Assembly (NCBI GenBank): GCA_040007095.1
Contig: JBDTVS010000181.1
Location: 1,643-65,642, forward strand
DNA: 64,000 nt
Reading direction: 5' to 3'
Origin: Acidobacteriota bacterium
Lineage (GTDB): Bacteria; Acidobacteriota; Vicinamibacteria; Vicinamibacterales; CAVVIG01
Below, in pieces: positions 10,107 to 17,803 of the stretch. The notes beneath the pieces were generated by a model. The model was not told the origin of the DNA and ran no database searches. It saw only the letters and a list, made by a program, of their open reading frames with translations. The translations under genes were made by a program, and so were the position numbers. The first letter of the stretch is position 1, and every line of letters begins with the position of its first letter.

Positions 10107-11519
10107 ATGAAGATTCGTGCGTCGGTTGTCGGGGCCCTCATTGTCGTCGGCGCCGTTGGCGGGGCCGTTGTCGGGCCTCACGCGCAGCAGCCGCCTGCAC
10201 CCGCAGCCGGAGGTCGGGGCCCTGCGCCGGCCGCGGGGCGAGGAGCGCCCACGGCGCCGCCCGGAATCAACTGGCCGTCCCCGCCGCTGCCCGACGGTCC
10301 GATCCTCGAAGACACCGGCATCGTCCACCAGATTCGGATCGTGCCGACCAAGGGCCTCAACAACCCGTGGGCCTCGGCATTTCTGCCGGATGGCAGCATC
10401 CTCGTGACTGAGCGTCCCGGCTGCCTGCGAATCATCAGGAACGGCGTGCTCGACCCGCAGCACGTCACCGGTTTGCCAGCAATTCAAGCCGCCGGCCTCG
10501 CGGGTCTGATGGACATTGCGCTGCACCCGCGCTTCGGTGAAAACCAGTGGGTCTATCTGACGTACCACAAACCAGCGGCCGGCAACCCAGGCACGAGCGG
10601 CGCACTCCAATCGAGCGGACGCTGCAGTCCGCCAGACGAAGGCCGCGGTGCGAATGCCGGCGGCGGTCGCGGGGGCGCCGGCGGCGGTCCGGGGACGATC
10701 ACGCTCGCGCGGGGACGCTGGAATGGGACCGGCCTCGTCGACGTGAAAGACCTGTTCACGGCGATCCCGTCGGGGAACGCGTCGCGAATCGTTTTCGGCA
10801 AAGACGGTATGGTCTACATGACCGTCGGCTTTGGCGACATTCCTCCTCCGTACGTGAACGCCGCCGCGGCGGCGCCGCAGGATCCCAATAACCTTGCTGG
10901 AAAGGTGCTTCGCTTGAAAGACGACGGCACGGTGCCGTCGGATAATCCGTTCGTGGGTCGCACCGGCTACCGTCCGGAGATCTTCACGATGGGACATCGC
11001 AACTCGCTCGGACTGACCATGCAGCCCGATACCGGAGCCATCTGGGAATCGGAGAATGGTCCAAACGGCGGCGACGAGGTCAACCTTCTGCAGGCGGGAA
11101 AAAACTACGGATGGCCGATCGTCAGCTACGGGCGGTTCTACCTCGGGCCTCGCGTGAGCACCAAAGCGTGGCAGGAGGGGATGGAAGATCCGATGGTCTT
11201 CTGGGTGCCCGCGATCGCCACGTCCGGCTTGACGTTCTACACCGGCGACCGGTTCCCGCAGTGGAAGGGCAACCTCTTTGCCGGCGGCATGCGGCAGGGC
11301 GAGGTTCCGCGTTCCGGTCATCTCGAGCGGATCGACTTCAACGACAAATGGGAAGAGCTGCACCGCGAGTCGTTCCTCCGCGAGCTGCAACAGCGCATTC
11401 GCGACGTGCGCCAAGGTCCGGACGGCCTGTTGTATGTGTTGACCGCCGAGGCCGACGGCGCGCTGCTTCGGATCGAACCCGCGCCCGCGCCCGTCGCGGC
11501 CGGCCGGGGGAGTCGGTGA
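10107..11519 (+). CDS. PQQ-dependent sugar dehydrogenase (glucose/sorbosone dehydrogenase family), exported
   Basis: AAGGAG RBS. Motifs PWASAFLPDG, GLMDIALHP, GHRN, NGGDEVN, NYGWP, RIRDVRQGPDGLLYVLT. Confidence 0.92.
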   Translation: MKIRASVVGALIVVGAVGGAVVGPHAQQPPAPAAGGRGPAPAAGRGAPTAPPGINWPSPPLPDGPILEDTGIVHQIRIVPTKGLNNPWASAFLPDGSILVTERPGCLRIIRNGVLDPQHVTGLPAIQAAGLAGLMDIALHPRFGENQWVYLTYHKPAAGNPGTSGALQSSGRCSPPDEGRGANAGGGRGGAGGGPGTITLARGRWNGTGLVDVKDLFTAIPSGNASRIVFGKDGMVYMTVGFGDIPPPYVNAAAAAPQDPNNLAGKVLRLKDDGTVPSDNPFVGRTGYRPEIFTMGHRNSLGLTMQPDTGAIWESENGPNGGDEVNLLQAGKNYGWPIVSYGRFYLGPRVSTKAWQEGMEDPMVFWVPAIATSGLTFYTGDRFPQWKGNLFAGGMRQGEVPRSGHLERIDFNDKWEELHRESFLRELQQRIRDVRQGPDGLLYVLTAEADGALLRIEPAPAPVAAGRGSR

Positions 11520-11523
11520 CTTC

Positions 11524-11565
11524 GAGTCTCAAGTCTGAAGTCTGAAGTCTCAAGTCTGAGGTCTG
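11524..11565. repeat. Heptamer tandem repeat (AAGTCTG x6)
   Basis: gagtctc-aagtctg-aagtctg-aagtctc-aagtctg-aggtctg. Confidence 0.9.
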
Positions 11566-11794
11566 CACGAAGAACTCACTGGAGAATTCTCCGTCGAGCC
11601 GGCGACGCTGCCGTCGCTCGGATTCGACTGAGTTCCGCCTGAAATCCGGGTCCGCTCGCGCCCTTCCATTTCCGATCGGACGATGCTACCGTCGTCGCCT
11701 TGCGACTCGGTCGATGAGTCGGCACGCGCTTCGCAGATGAGAACCTCGATAGCCGGCGGCAACGGGTGAACGAACCGCCTGGCGAGGAGGCGAC

Positions 11795-12082
11795 GTGGCG
11801 CAGAAATCCCTCGAAAGACGTGTGGAAGTGCTGGAAAAGCGAGTCGACATCCTGGAGCAACTTCCCGAGCGGGTCCGGGCCGTCGAGTTGCAGATTGTGC
11901 AACTTCGCGAGGACCTCCGCGGTGAATTTTCTGCGCTCCGCGCGGAGATTCGTGCAGGCGACGAAGACACGCGGAGGGTGCTACGCGACGAGATGCGCGA
12001 GCTCTTTGCCGATAATCAGCGCCAGATGAGGATCCTGCACGAAGACGTGATTGCACGCATCGCGACGATTCGGCAGGGCTGA
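11795..12082 (+). CDS. Small coiled-coil hypothetical protein
   Basis: GAGGAGG RBS + GTG start, heptad pattern LERRVEVLEKRVDILE...LREDLRGEFSALRAEIR. Confidence 0.75.
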   Translation: MAQKSLERRVEVLEKRVDILEQLPERVRAVELQIVQLREDLRGEFSALRAEIRAGDEDTRRVLRDEMRELFADNQRQMRILHEDVIARIATIRQG

Positions 12083-12177
12083 CCGGTCGGCGCGTTGGAC
12101 GATCCTGCTCGAGGTGGATCGCGGTCACTTTCAGGCTGCCGGCACGAAGCCACCAACGGCGGATATAATCCCTCCCC

Positions 12178-13326
12178 GTGACACAAGGTCCCCCATTTCG
12201 TGCCGAGCATGTCGGCAGCCTGCTCCGTCCTGAAACGCTCCTCAAAGCGCGCGCCGCCGCGGAGGGCGATCAGTACCGCCGCTCCAGCGGCCCACTCACG
12301 TACACGCAGCTGAAAGAGATTGAAGACGAGGCGATCCGCGACGTCGTGCGCCTGCAGGAGGATGTCGGTCTGCAGGTCGTGACCGACGGCGAGTTTCGCC
12401 GCCGCTCCTGGTTTCAGGATTTCATCCTGTCGTTGACAGGTACCGACATCACCTTTGTCGAGTCGTCGCAGACGGTGTCGGCGGCGTTGCCGTTTCAGGA
12501 CGACGCCACCATCGAGAAGCTCCCCGGCCATATCGTGCGGGTCACCAAGAAACTGGCGCGGGAGAAGGGCATCTTCACCGAACATTTTGCCTTCCTGAAG
12601 AATCTGACGAATCAAACGCCCAAGATCAGCCTGCCGTCGCCGAGCATGCTGCATTTCTGGGGAGGCCGGGCGGCCATCGACGCGGCGGTCTACCCGGATC
12701 TCGCCGAATTCTGGGAGGACGCCGTCAACATCTGGGTCGCCGAGATCAAGGCGCTGTATGCATTGGGCTGCCGTTACATCCAGATCGACGATGTGACTTT
12801 TCCGCTGATCTGCGATCCGAACGGTCAAGCGGCGCTGCGCCAGCGTGGCGACGATCCGGCCGAAATCCTGAGCACGTATGCGGGCGTCCTGACGCGGATC
12901 GCCGCCGGTGCGCCCGCCGACATGACGATCGGCATGCACATGTGCCGCGGAAACAACCGCGGAAAGTGGATGGGCAGCGGCGGATACGAGTACGTCAGCG
13001 AGGTGGTGTTCCGCCAGGTCGGCATCGCCAACTACTTCATGGAGTACGACAGCGATCGTGCCGGCGATTTCGCGCCGCTGCGCCACGTTCCGGCGGGCAA
13101 GCGGGTCATCCTCGGCCTGGTCTCGTCGAAAACGCCCGTGCTCGAGTCCCGCGACCTGCTCAAGCGCCGCATCGACGCCGCGGCGAAATACCTGCCGCTC
13201 GAACAGTTGTGTCTGAGTCCGCAGTGCGGCTTTGCCAGCAACTTCATGGGCAACCCGGTGACCGCCGACGATCAGCGCCGTAAGCTCGAACTGGTCGTCG
13301 AAACCGCCCGGGAAGTCTGGGGATGA
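12178..13326 (+). CDS. Cobalamin-independent methionine synthase II family protein (short single-barrel MetE-like, YxjH type)
   Basis: Motifs FRAEHVGSLLRP, TDGEFRR, HMCRGN (Zn His/Cys), EYDSDRAGDF, LSPQCGFAS. Confidence 0.9.
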   Translation: MTQGPPFRAEHVGSLLRPETLLKARAAAEGDQYRRSSGPLTYTQLKEIEDEAIRDVVRLQEDVGLQVVTDGEFRRRSWFQDFILSLTGTDITFVESSQTVSAALPFQDDATIEKLPGHIVRVTKKLAREKGIFTEHFAFLKNLTNQTPKISLPSPSMLHFWGGRAAIDAAVYPDLAEFWEDAVNIWVAEIKALYALGCRYIQIDDVTFPLICDPNGQAALRQRGDDPAEILSTYAGVLTRIAAGAPADMTIGMHMCRGNNRGKWMGSGGYEYVSEVVFRQVGIANYFMEYDSDRAGDFAPLRHVPAGKRVILGLVSSKTPVLESRDLLKRRIDAAAKYLPLEQLCLSPQCGFASNFMGNPVTADDQRRKLELVVETAREVWG

Positions 13327-13330
13327 CGAC

Positions 13331-13540
13331 GGTCCGGCTGAAGCCGGCTACAACGGTCCGGCTGAACAATGGTCCGATTGAAGCCCGGCTGAAGCCGGAC
13401 ACTACGGACGAACCGCTGGGGCCAATCGTATGTATGGCCGCCTTTCAGACGGACCGTAGTGCCGATGGTAGGTATGGGCGCCTTCAGACCGACTGTGGTG
13501 CCGATCGTATGTAGTGTCCGCCTTCGGGCGGACCGTGGAC
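13331..13540. repeat. REP cluster (GTCCGGCTGAAGCCGGACACTAC family): forward copies followed by three reverse ~40-nt units
   Basis: Copies at 13331-13351 and 13385-13406. Tandem units at 13422-13461, 13462-13500 and 13501-13540, ending gtagtgtccgccttcgggcggacc. Confidence 0.85.
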
Positions 13541-13553
13541 CGTGGTGCACGGG

Positions 13554-14561
13554 ATGACTATGGAACTGCAGTCCCTCGGCTACGTGGGGATTCGCGCGCG
13601 CGACGTGGACGAGTGGGCGGATTTCGGCGTCAAGCTCCTCGGCATGCAGATCGTCGATCGGAGCCGTTCGACGCTGACCTTTCGCATGGACGATCGGCGC
13701 CAGCGCGTTGTCGTGCATGGTGACGGCGGTGAAGGGGCCGCGTTTCTTGGCTGGGAGGTGGCCGACGCCGCGGCGCTTGGCGCGTTGGCGGGGCGGCTCG
13801 AAGCCTCTGGCGTCGGCGTCCGGCGATTGCCGGCGGCGGTCGCCGACGAGCGGCGCGTCGCGGAGGTTCTGGCGTTCCGCGATCCGATTGGCAATACCCT
13901 CGAGGCGTTTCATGGCGCTGAAGTCGCCTCCGATCCGTTTCGGCCCGGTCGCGCCATCTCAGGGTTCCGCACCGGTCCGCTCGGCATGGGCCACGTCGTG
14001 ATGAACGTCGAGCGGATCGACGACGTGCTGCCGTTCTATCGGGACCTGCTCGGCTTCCAGCTGAGCGACTACACGCTGCGTCCGTTCAAAGCGTTCTTCT
14101 TCCATCTCAATCCCCGTCATCACAGCTTCGCGATGGTCGAGACCGGGACGAACAGCGTGCACCATGTGATGGTCGAAACTTTCATGCTGGACGACGTCGG
14201 CCAGGCCTATGACCTCGCGCAGGGGGAAGAAGGGCGCGTTGCGACCACGCTCGGCCGACACTCGAACGACTTCATGACGTCGTTCTATGCGCGCACGCCC
14301 TCTGGGTTCTTCGTCGAGTACGGCTGGGGGGGGCGATCGATTGAGCCGGCGACCCACGAGCCGGTCGAGATGACGTGCGGACCGAGCCTCTGGGGCCACG
14401 ACCGCGATTGGCTGACGGTCGAGGGGCGCGCCGAAGCTCGCGCGCTCCGGCTGCAGGCGGCCGCCGATGGGCGGCGCGAACCGGTACAGGTCCTCGACGG
14501 CAATTACGCGCTCGCGCCCGGAACCTGCGGGTGGTTCGATAACCTGCGCACCCGATCCTGA
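13554..14561 (+). CDS. Type I extradiol ring-cleavage dioxygenase (BphC/HsaC-like, VOC fold)
   Basis: Motifs SLGYVGI, FRMDDRRQR, GMGHVV, NPRHHSFA, HHVMVE, LGRHSND, SFYARTPSGFFVEYGWG. Confidence 0.92.
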   Translation: MTMELQSLGYVGIRARDVDEWADFGVKLLGMQIVDRSRSTLTFRMDDRRQRVVVHGDGGEGAAFLGWEVADAAALGALAGRLEASGVGVRRLPAAVADERRVAEVLAFRDPIGNTLEAFHGAEVASDPFRPGRAISGFRTGPLGMGHVVMNVERIDDVLPFYRDLLGFQLSDYTLRPFKAFFFHLNPRHHSFAMVETGTNSVHHVMVETFMLDDVGQAYDLAQGEEGRVATTLGRHSNDFMTSFYARTPSGFFVEYGWGGRSIEPATHEPVEMTCGPSLWGHDRDWLTVEGRAEARALRLQAAADGRREPVQVLDGNYALAPGTCGWFDNLRTRS

Positions 14562-14681
14562 TGTCGACGTTCAGGAAGCACAACGACCGCAGCGATCACG
14601 GAAGCCGGTTCTTTGTGCCCTTTGTGGTTCATCATCTAATCCGCAACCTGCTCTGAGCGGTTATCAATCTGGGGGTTCAAC

Positions 14682-16043
14682 ATGGCGGCGCCGCGGACCG
14701 TGGTCAAGATCGCCGAAGTGATCGACAACGCGCAGGTGGGGAGGCTCCAGATCAGCCTCTTCATGCTGTGTGCTGCCTGCCTCATTCTTGACGGCTTCGA
14801 CGTCCAGGTGGTTGGCTACGTCGCGCCGACGATCTTCCAGGAATGGGGCGTTCCGCGCTCGGTGCTGGGCAACGTGCTGGCCGCGGGCAATTTCGGCGTC
14901 CTGCTGGGCTCGCTGGTGTTCACGATGGTCGCCGACAAGGTCGGGCGTCGGCCGGTACTGCTGTGGGCGACGGTGTTCTTTTCGCTGTTGACGCTTGTGA
15001 CGGCGCAGGTGACGTCGGTGCAGCAGCTCACCATCGTTCGCTTCATCGCGGGCATCGGCCTCGGGTGCATCATCCCCAACGCGACGGCCCTGATCGGCGA
15101 ATACAGCCCGCGCCGCCTGCGCATCACGTTCATGGCCTGCATCTCGGTGGGATTCACCGCCGGGGGGGCACTGGCGGGCTTTGTGTCGGCGTGGTTGATT
15201 CCGGCGTTCGGCTGGCGCGCGGTGTTCTATTTCGGCGGCGTGACCCCACTGGTGATTGCGGCGTTCATGTTCGTCGGGCTCCCAGAGTCGCTCCAATTTC
15301 TGGTGCTCCGGCGCGGCGACCGCCAGAAAGTGGCGCACTGGCTTCGCCGCATCGATCCCAGCGTGGCGACAGGTCCGCAGGTCGAGTTCGTGGTCCAGGA
15401 AGAAAACAAGTCCGGTGTCCCGGCGTTCCATCTGTTCAGGGAAGGCCGGGGAGCGACGACGCTGTTGTTGTGGCTCATCAACTTCATGAACATCTACAAC
15501 CTGTACTTGCTGTCGGGGTGGCTGCCGACCATCGCCGGTCAGCTTGGCTATTCGGCCCAGACCAGCGTGCTCATCGGCACGACACTGCAAGTGGGTGGCA
15601 CGCTCGGCACCTTCTGGCTGACATGGTTCATCGGCAAGTGGGGATTCATCCCCGTGCTGACGACCTGCTTCCTGGTGGCGTCGGCGAGCATCGCGGCGAT
15701 CGGCCAGCCCGGTCTTGCGCTCTGGGTGCTGGTCACCACCGTGTTCGTCGCCGGGTCGTGCGTCGTCGGCGGACAACCGACGGTCAATTCCATGGCGGCC
15801 GTGTACTACCCGACGTATCTGCGTTCGACCGGCATTGGCTGGTCGCTGGGGATTGGCCGTGCCGGAGCGATTCTGGGACCATGGCTGGTGGGGCGCTTCG
15901 TCGCGGCGAATTGGTCGGTGCAGGACATTCTGTATTCCGCCGCGATTCCAGCGCTGGTGTCGGCGCTCGCGATGTTCTGCCTGCACTGGGTGATGAAGCC
16001 GCAGCAGCAGGCTCCTGCTGCGCCGGTGGTGATCGCGCACTAG
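14682..16043 (+). CDS. MFS aromatic acid:H+ symporter (PcaK/GenK/MhpT family)
   Basis: Motifs LILDGFD, ADKVGRRP, EYSPRRLR, YYPTYLRSTGIGW, about 12 hydrophobic segments. Confidence 0.92.
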   Translation: MAAPRTVVKIAEVIDNAQVGRLQISLFMLCAACLILDGFDVQVVGYVAPTIFQEWGVPRSVLGNVLAAGNFGVLLGSLVFTMVADKVGRRPVLLWATVFFSLLTLVTAQVTSVQQLTIVRFIAGIGLGCIIPNATALIGEYSPRRLRITFMACISVGFTAGGALAGFVSAWLIPAFGWRAVFYFGGVTPLVIAAFMFVGLPESLQFLVLRRGDRQKVAHWLRRIDPSVATGPQVEFVVQEENKSGVPAFHLFREGRGATTLLLWLINFMNIYNLYLLSGWLPTIAGQLGYSAQTSVLIGTTLQVGGTLGTFWLTWFIGKWGFIPVLTTCFLVASASIAAIGQPGLALWVLVTTVFVAGSCVVGGQPTVNSMAAVYYPTYLRSTGIGWSLGIGRAGAILGPWLVGRFVAANWSVQDILYSAAIPALVSALAMFCLHWVMKPQQQAPAAPVVIAH

Positions 16044-16339
16044 ACCTTCTCAAGCCAGAGTCTCGCAAGATGAAGCACGTTGTGCTCGGTTCGGCTTTGG
16101 AAGCTGTCTGAGTTGCGGCCGCTGAGCGGCCGCCTCGTGAAGATTCGCCGCACCCTGGTCCGTTCTGGCTGGTCGGTTTGAGGCGAAGCTTCACTGACAG
16201 CCCGTGGTCCCGCGTCGCATCGAGACGGGCGAGGCGCGCTGGAAAACTCTCGGCGGCCGCCGCGAAGATCGCGGCTCGTTCGCTCAAAAACCGCCGCGAG
16301 TAACCTGCGTTAAGCACGTCGCGCGACGTCGTGCAAGTG

Positions 16340-16369
16340 TTGACGTCGTGATTCGCCTTGGGGTAGCAT
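16340..16369 (+). promoter_or_regulatory. Sigma70-type promoter for the second MetE-like gene
   Basis: TTGACG-N18-TAGCAT, preceded by the perfect palindrome acgtcgcgcgacgt (16316-16329). Confidence 0.55.
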
Positions 16370-16392
16370 CCTTCGGTTTCAGTCAGCTTCGC

Positions 16393-16481
16393 CATTCAGA
16401 CAACGCCGAGTGCCAAACCCAGGCGCCCGGCTGTCAATTGCTGGCAGATCGACACACCGAAAAACAGAGGACCTCTGAATG
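16393..16481 (+). promoter_or_regulatory. Structured 5' leader with alternative pairings over RBS and start codon (candidate translational switch)
   Basis: Hairpin at 16399-16435. cattcaga (16393-16400) is complementary to tctgaatg (16474-16481). A cagag/ctctg mini-hairpin covers the RBS. Confidence 0.4.
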
Positions 16482-17588
16482 ACAACGAAGATCGTCGACA
16501 CCATTCTTCCCACGACCATGGTGGGATCCTATCCCCGGCCCCACTGGTTCAAGCACCAGTTGCTCGGTCGCGACATTCAGGTCGCGTTCAAGGAAGTTCA
16601 ACACGAAGAGGCGTACGTCGACGCCGTGGCGACCGTCATCCGCGATCAGGAAGAAGCGGGCCTCGACATCGTGACCGACGGCAACATGTGGTACGACGAC
16701 TACGTCGGCGTCATCGGTTCGTTTTGCTGGTACATGTACGAGCGGATCGGCGGCTTCGAGCAAGCCAGGGAGCCGCATCCGTCGTATGCCGATTCTACCG
16801 ATGAGAGTCTGGGGAGAGACCTCCTCGACGACTGGGGTGGCGTCATCAACAGCGGGCCGGTAACCCACGGGCCCCTCCGCCTCGCCGATCTCTACAAGAT
16901 TGCCAAGAAGCATGCGCACGTCCCGGTGAAGGTGTCGGTCGGGGCCGGCCCCGCGAACCTTGCCTGGCATGCGTACTTCAAGCACTACAAGAACGCGAAG
17001 GAACTGAGCCTCGCGCTGGCGCCAATCTTCAACGCCGAGATGAAATCGCTGGTCAAGGCGGGCGCCAAGTACCTGCAGTTCGAAGACCTCGGTGCGTGGC
17101 TGCCGCTGTTCACCGGCGACAAGAACGACTACACGTGGATCAAGGACGTCGTCGCTCGGTGCTGCGACGGCGTGGACGCCACGATTGGCTGGCACTTCTG
17201 TTACGGGAATGCCTGGGGCAACGACATTCTGAGCGCCAGTTTTCCCGAGGGCTACCAGACGGTCCTTCCTCATTTCTTCGACACCCCCGGCATCGACGGG
17301 TTCGTGCTCGACTACGCGAATCGCGACATGGCCGGCATCGAGTTCATGAAGAACCTGCCAAAGGACAAACACCTCCAGGTGGGCGTCGTCGACATCCGCA
17401 CCAACGCGATGGAAACGCCGGCGCAGATTGTCGCCCGGATCAAGAAGGTGCTTGATGCCGTGCCCGCCGAGCGTGTGATTCTCAGTACGGACTGCGGCAT
17501 GAAGCCGCTCGCCCGCATGGTTGCCAAGCAGAAGCTGAGAGCGCTCAGCCAGGCCGCGCAGATCGTGCGGAAGGAGTTGGGCGCTTAG
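16479..17588 (+). CDS. MetE-like Zn thiol-alkyltransferase (methionine synthase II / epoxyalkane:CoM transferase-like)
   Basis: Motifs LPTTMVGSYPRP, RDQEEAGLDIVTDG, HFCYGN, VGVVDIR, STDCG. Confidence 0.88.
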   Translation: MTTKIVDTILPTTMVGSYPRPHWFKHQLLGRDIQVAFKEVQHEEAYVDAVATVIRDQEEAGLDIVTDGNMWYDDYVGVIGSFCWYMYERIGGFEQAREPHPSYADSTDESLGRDLLDDWGGVINSGPVTHGPLRLADLYKIAKKHAHVPVKVSVGAGPANLAWHAYFKHYKNAKELSLALAPIFNAEMKSLVKAGAKYLQFEDLGAWLPLFTGDKNDYTWIKDVVARCCDGVDATIGWHFCYGNAWGNDILSASFPEGYQTVLPHFFDTPGIDGFVLDYANRDMAGIEFMKNLPKDKHLQVGVVDIRTNAMETPAQIVARIKKVLDAVPAERVILSTDCGMKPLARMVAKQKLRALSQAAQIVRKELGA

Positions 17589-17591
17589 GGC

Positions 17592-17636
17592 CCGGGCGGG
17601 AGTAAGCCGGGCGGGAGTAGGCCGGGCGGGAGTAAG
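17592..17636. repeat. 15-bp tandem repeat x3
   Basis: ccgggcgggagtaag / ccgggcgggagtagg / ccgggcgggagtaag, directly after the stop codon. Confidence 0.9.
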
Positions 17637-17649
17637 GCTGTCAACTGTG

Positions 17650-17742
17650 GGCGTCGAGGCGCCCGCCCGACAAGGCGCGAGGAGCGCGCATACCGGGCGT
17701 ATGTAAGCGACGAGCAACGCAGCCCCGGCGGGAGTTGGAAGC
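17650..17742. repeat. Palindromic extragenic element (CAAGGCGCGAGGAGC...GAGCAACGCAG type)
   Basis: Internal catac/gtatg hairpin and gcccgcccg/cggcggg flanks. Resembles a dispersed repeat type I recall from GC-rich genomes (inference). Confidence 0.45.
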
Positions 17743-17803
17743 GGACACGTTATGCGGCGAGGACGGCTTTGAGGCCGTCCCACAACACGAGGAAACAGGA
17801 AAT

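Noticed and set aside
13422-13540. Three ~40-nt periodic units suggesting a CRISPR array
   Set aside because: The whole unit is repeated without unique spacers, the sequence is the REP motif, and there are no cas genes.
16376-16478. Assignment of the leader to SAM-I/II, SAH, cobalamin, THF or c-di-GMP riboswitch classes
   Set aside because: Only short partial resemblances (GCCGAG...CCAGG) were seen and the core consensus elements were not found. It is kept as an unclassified candidate.
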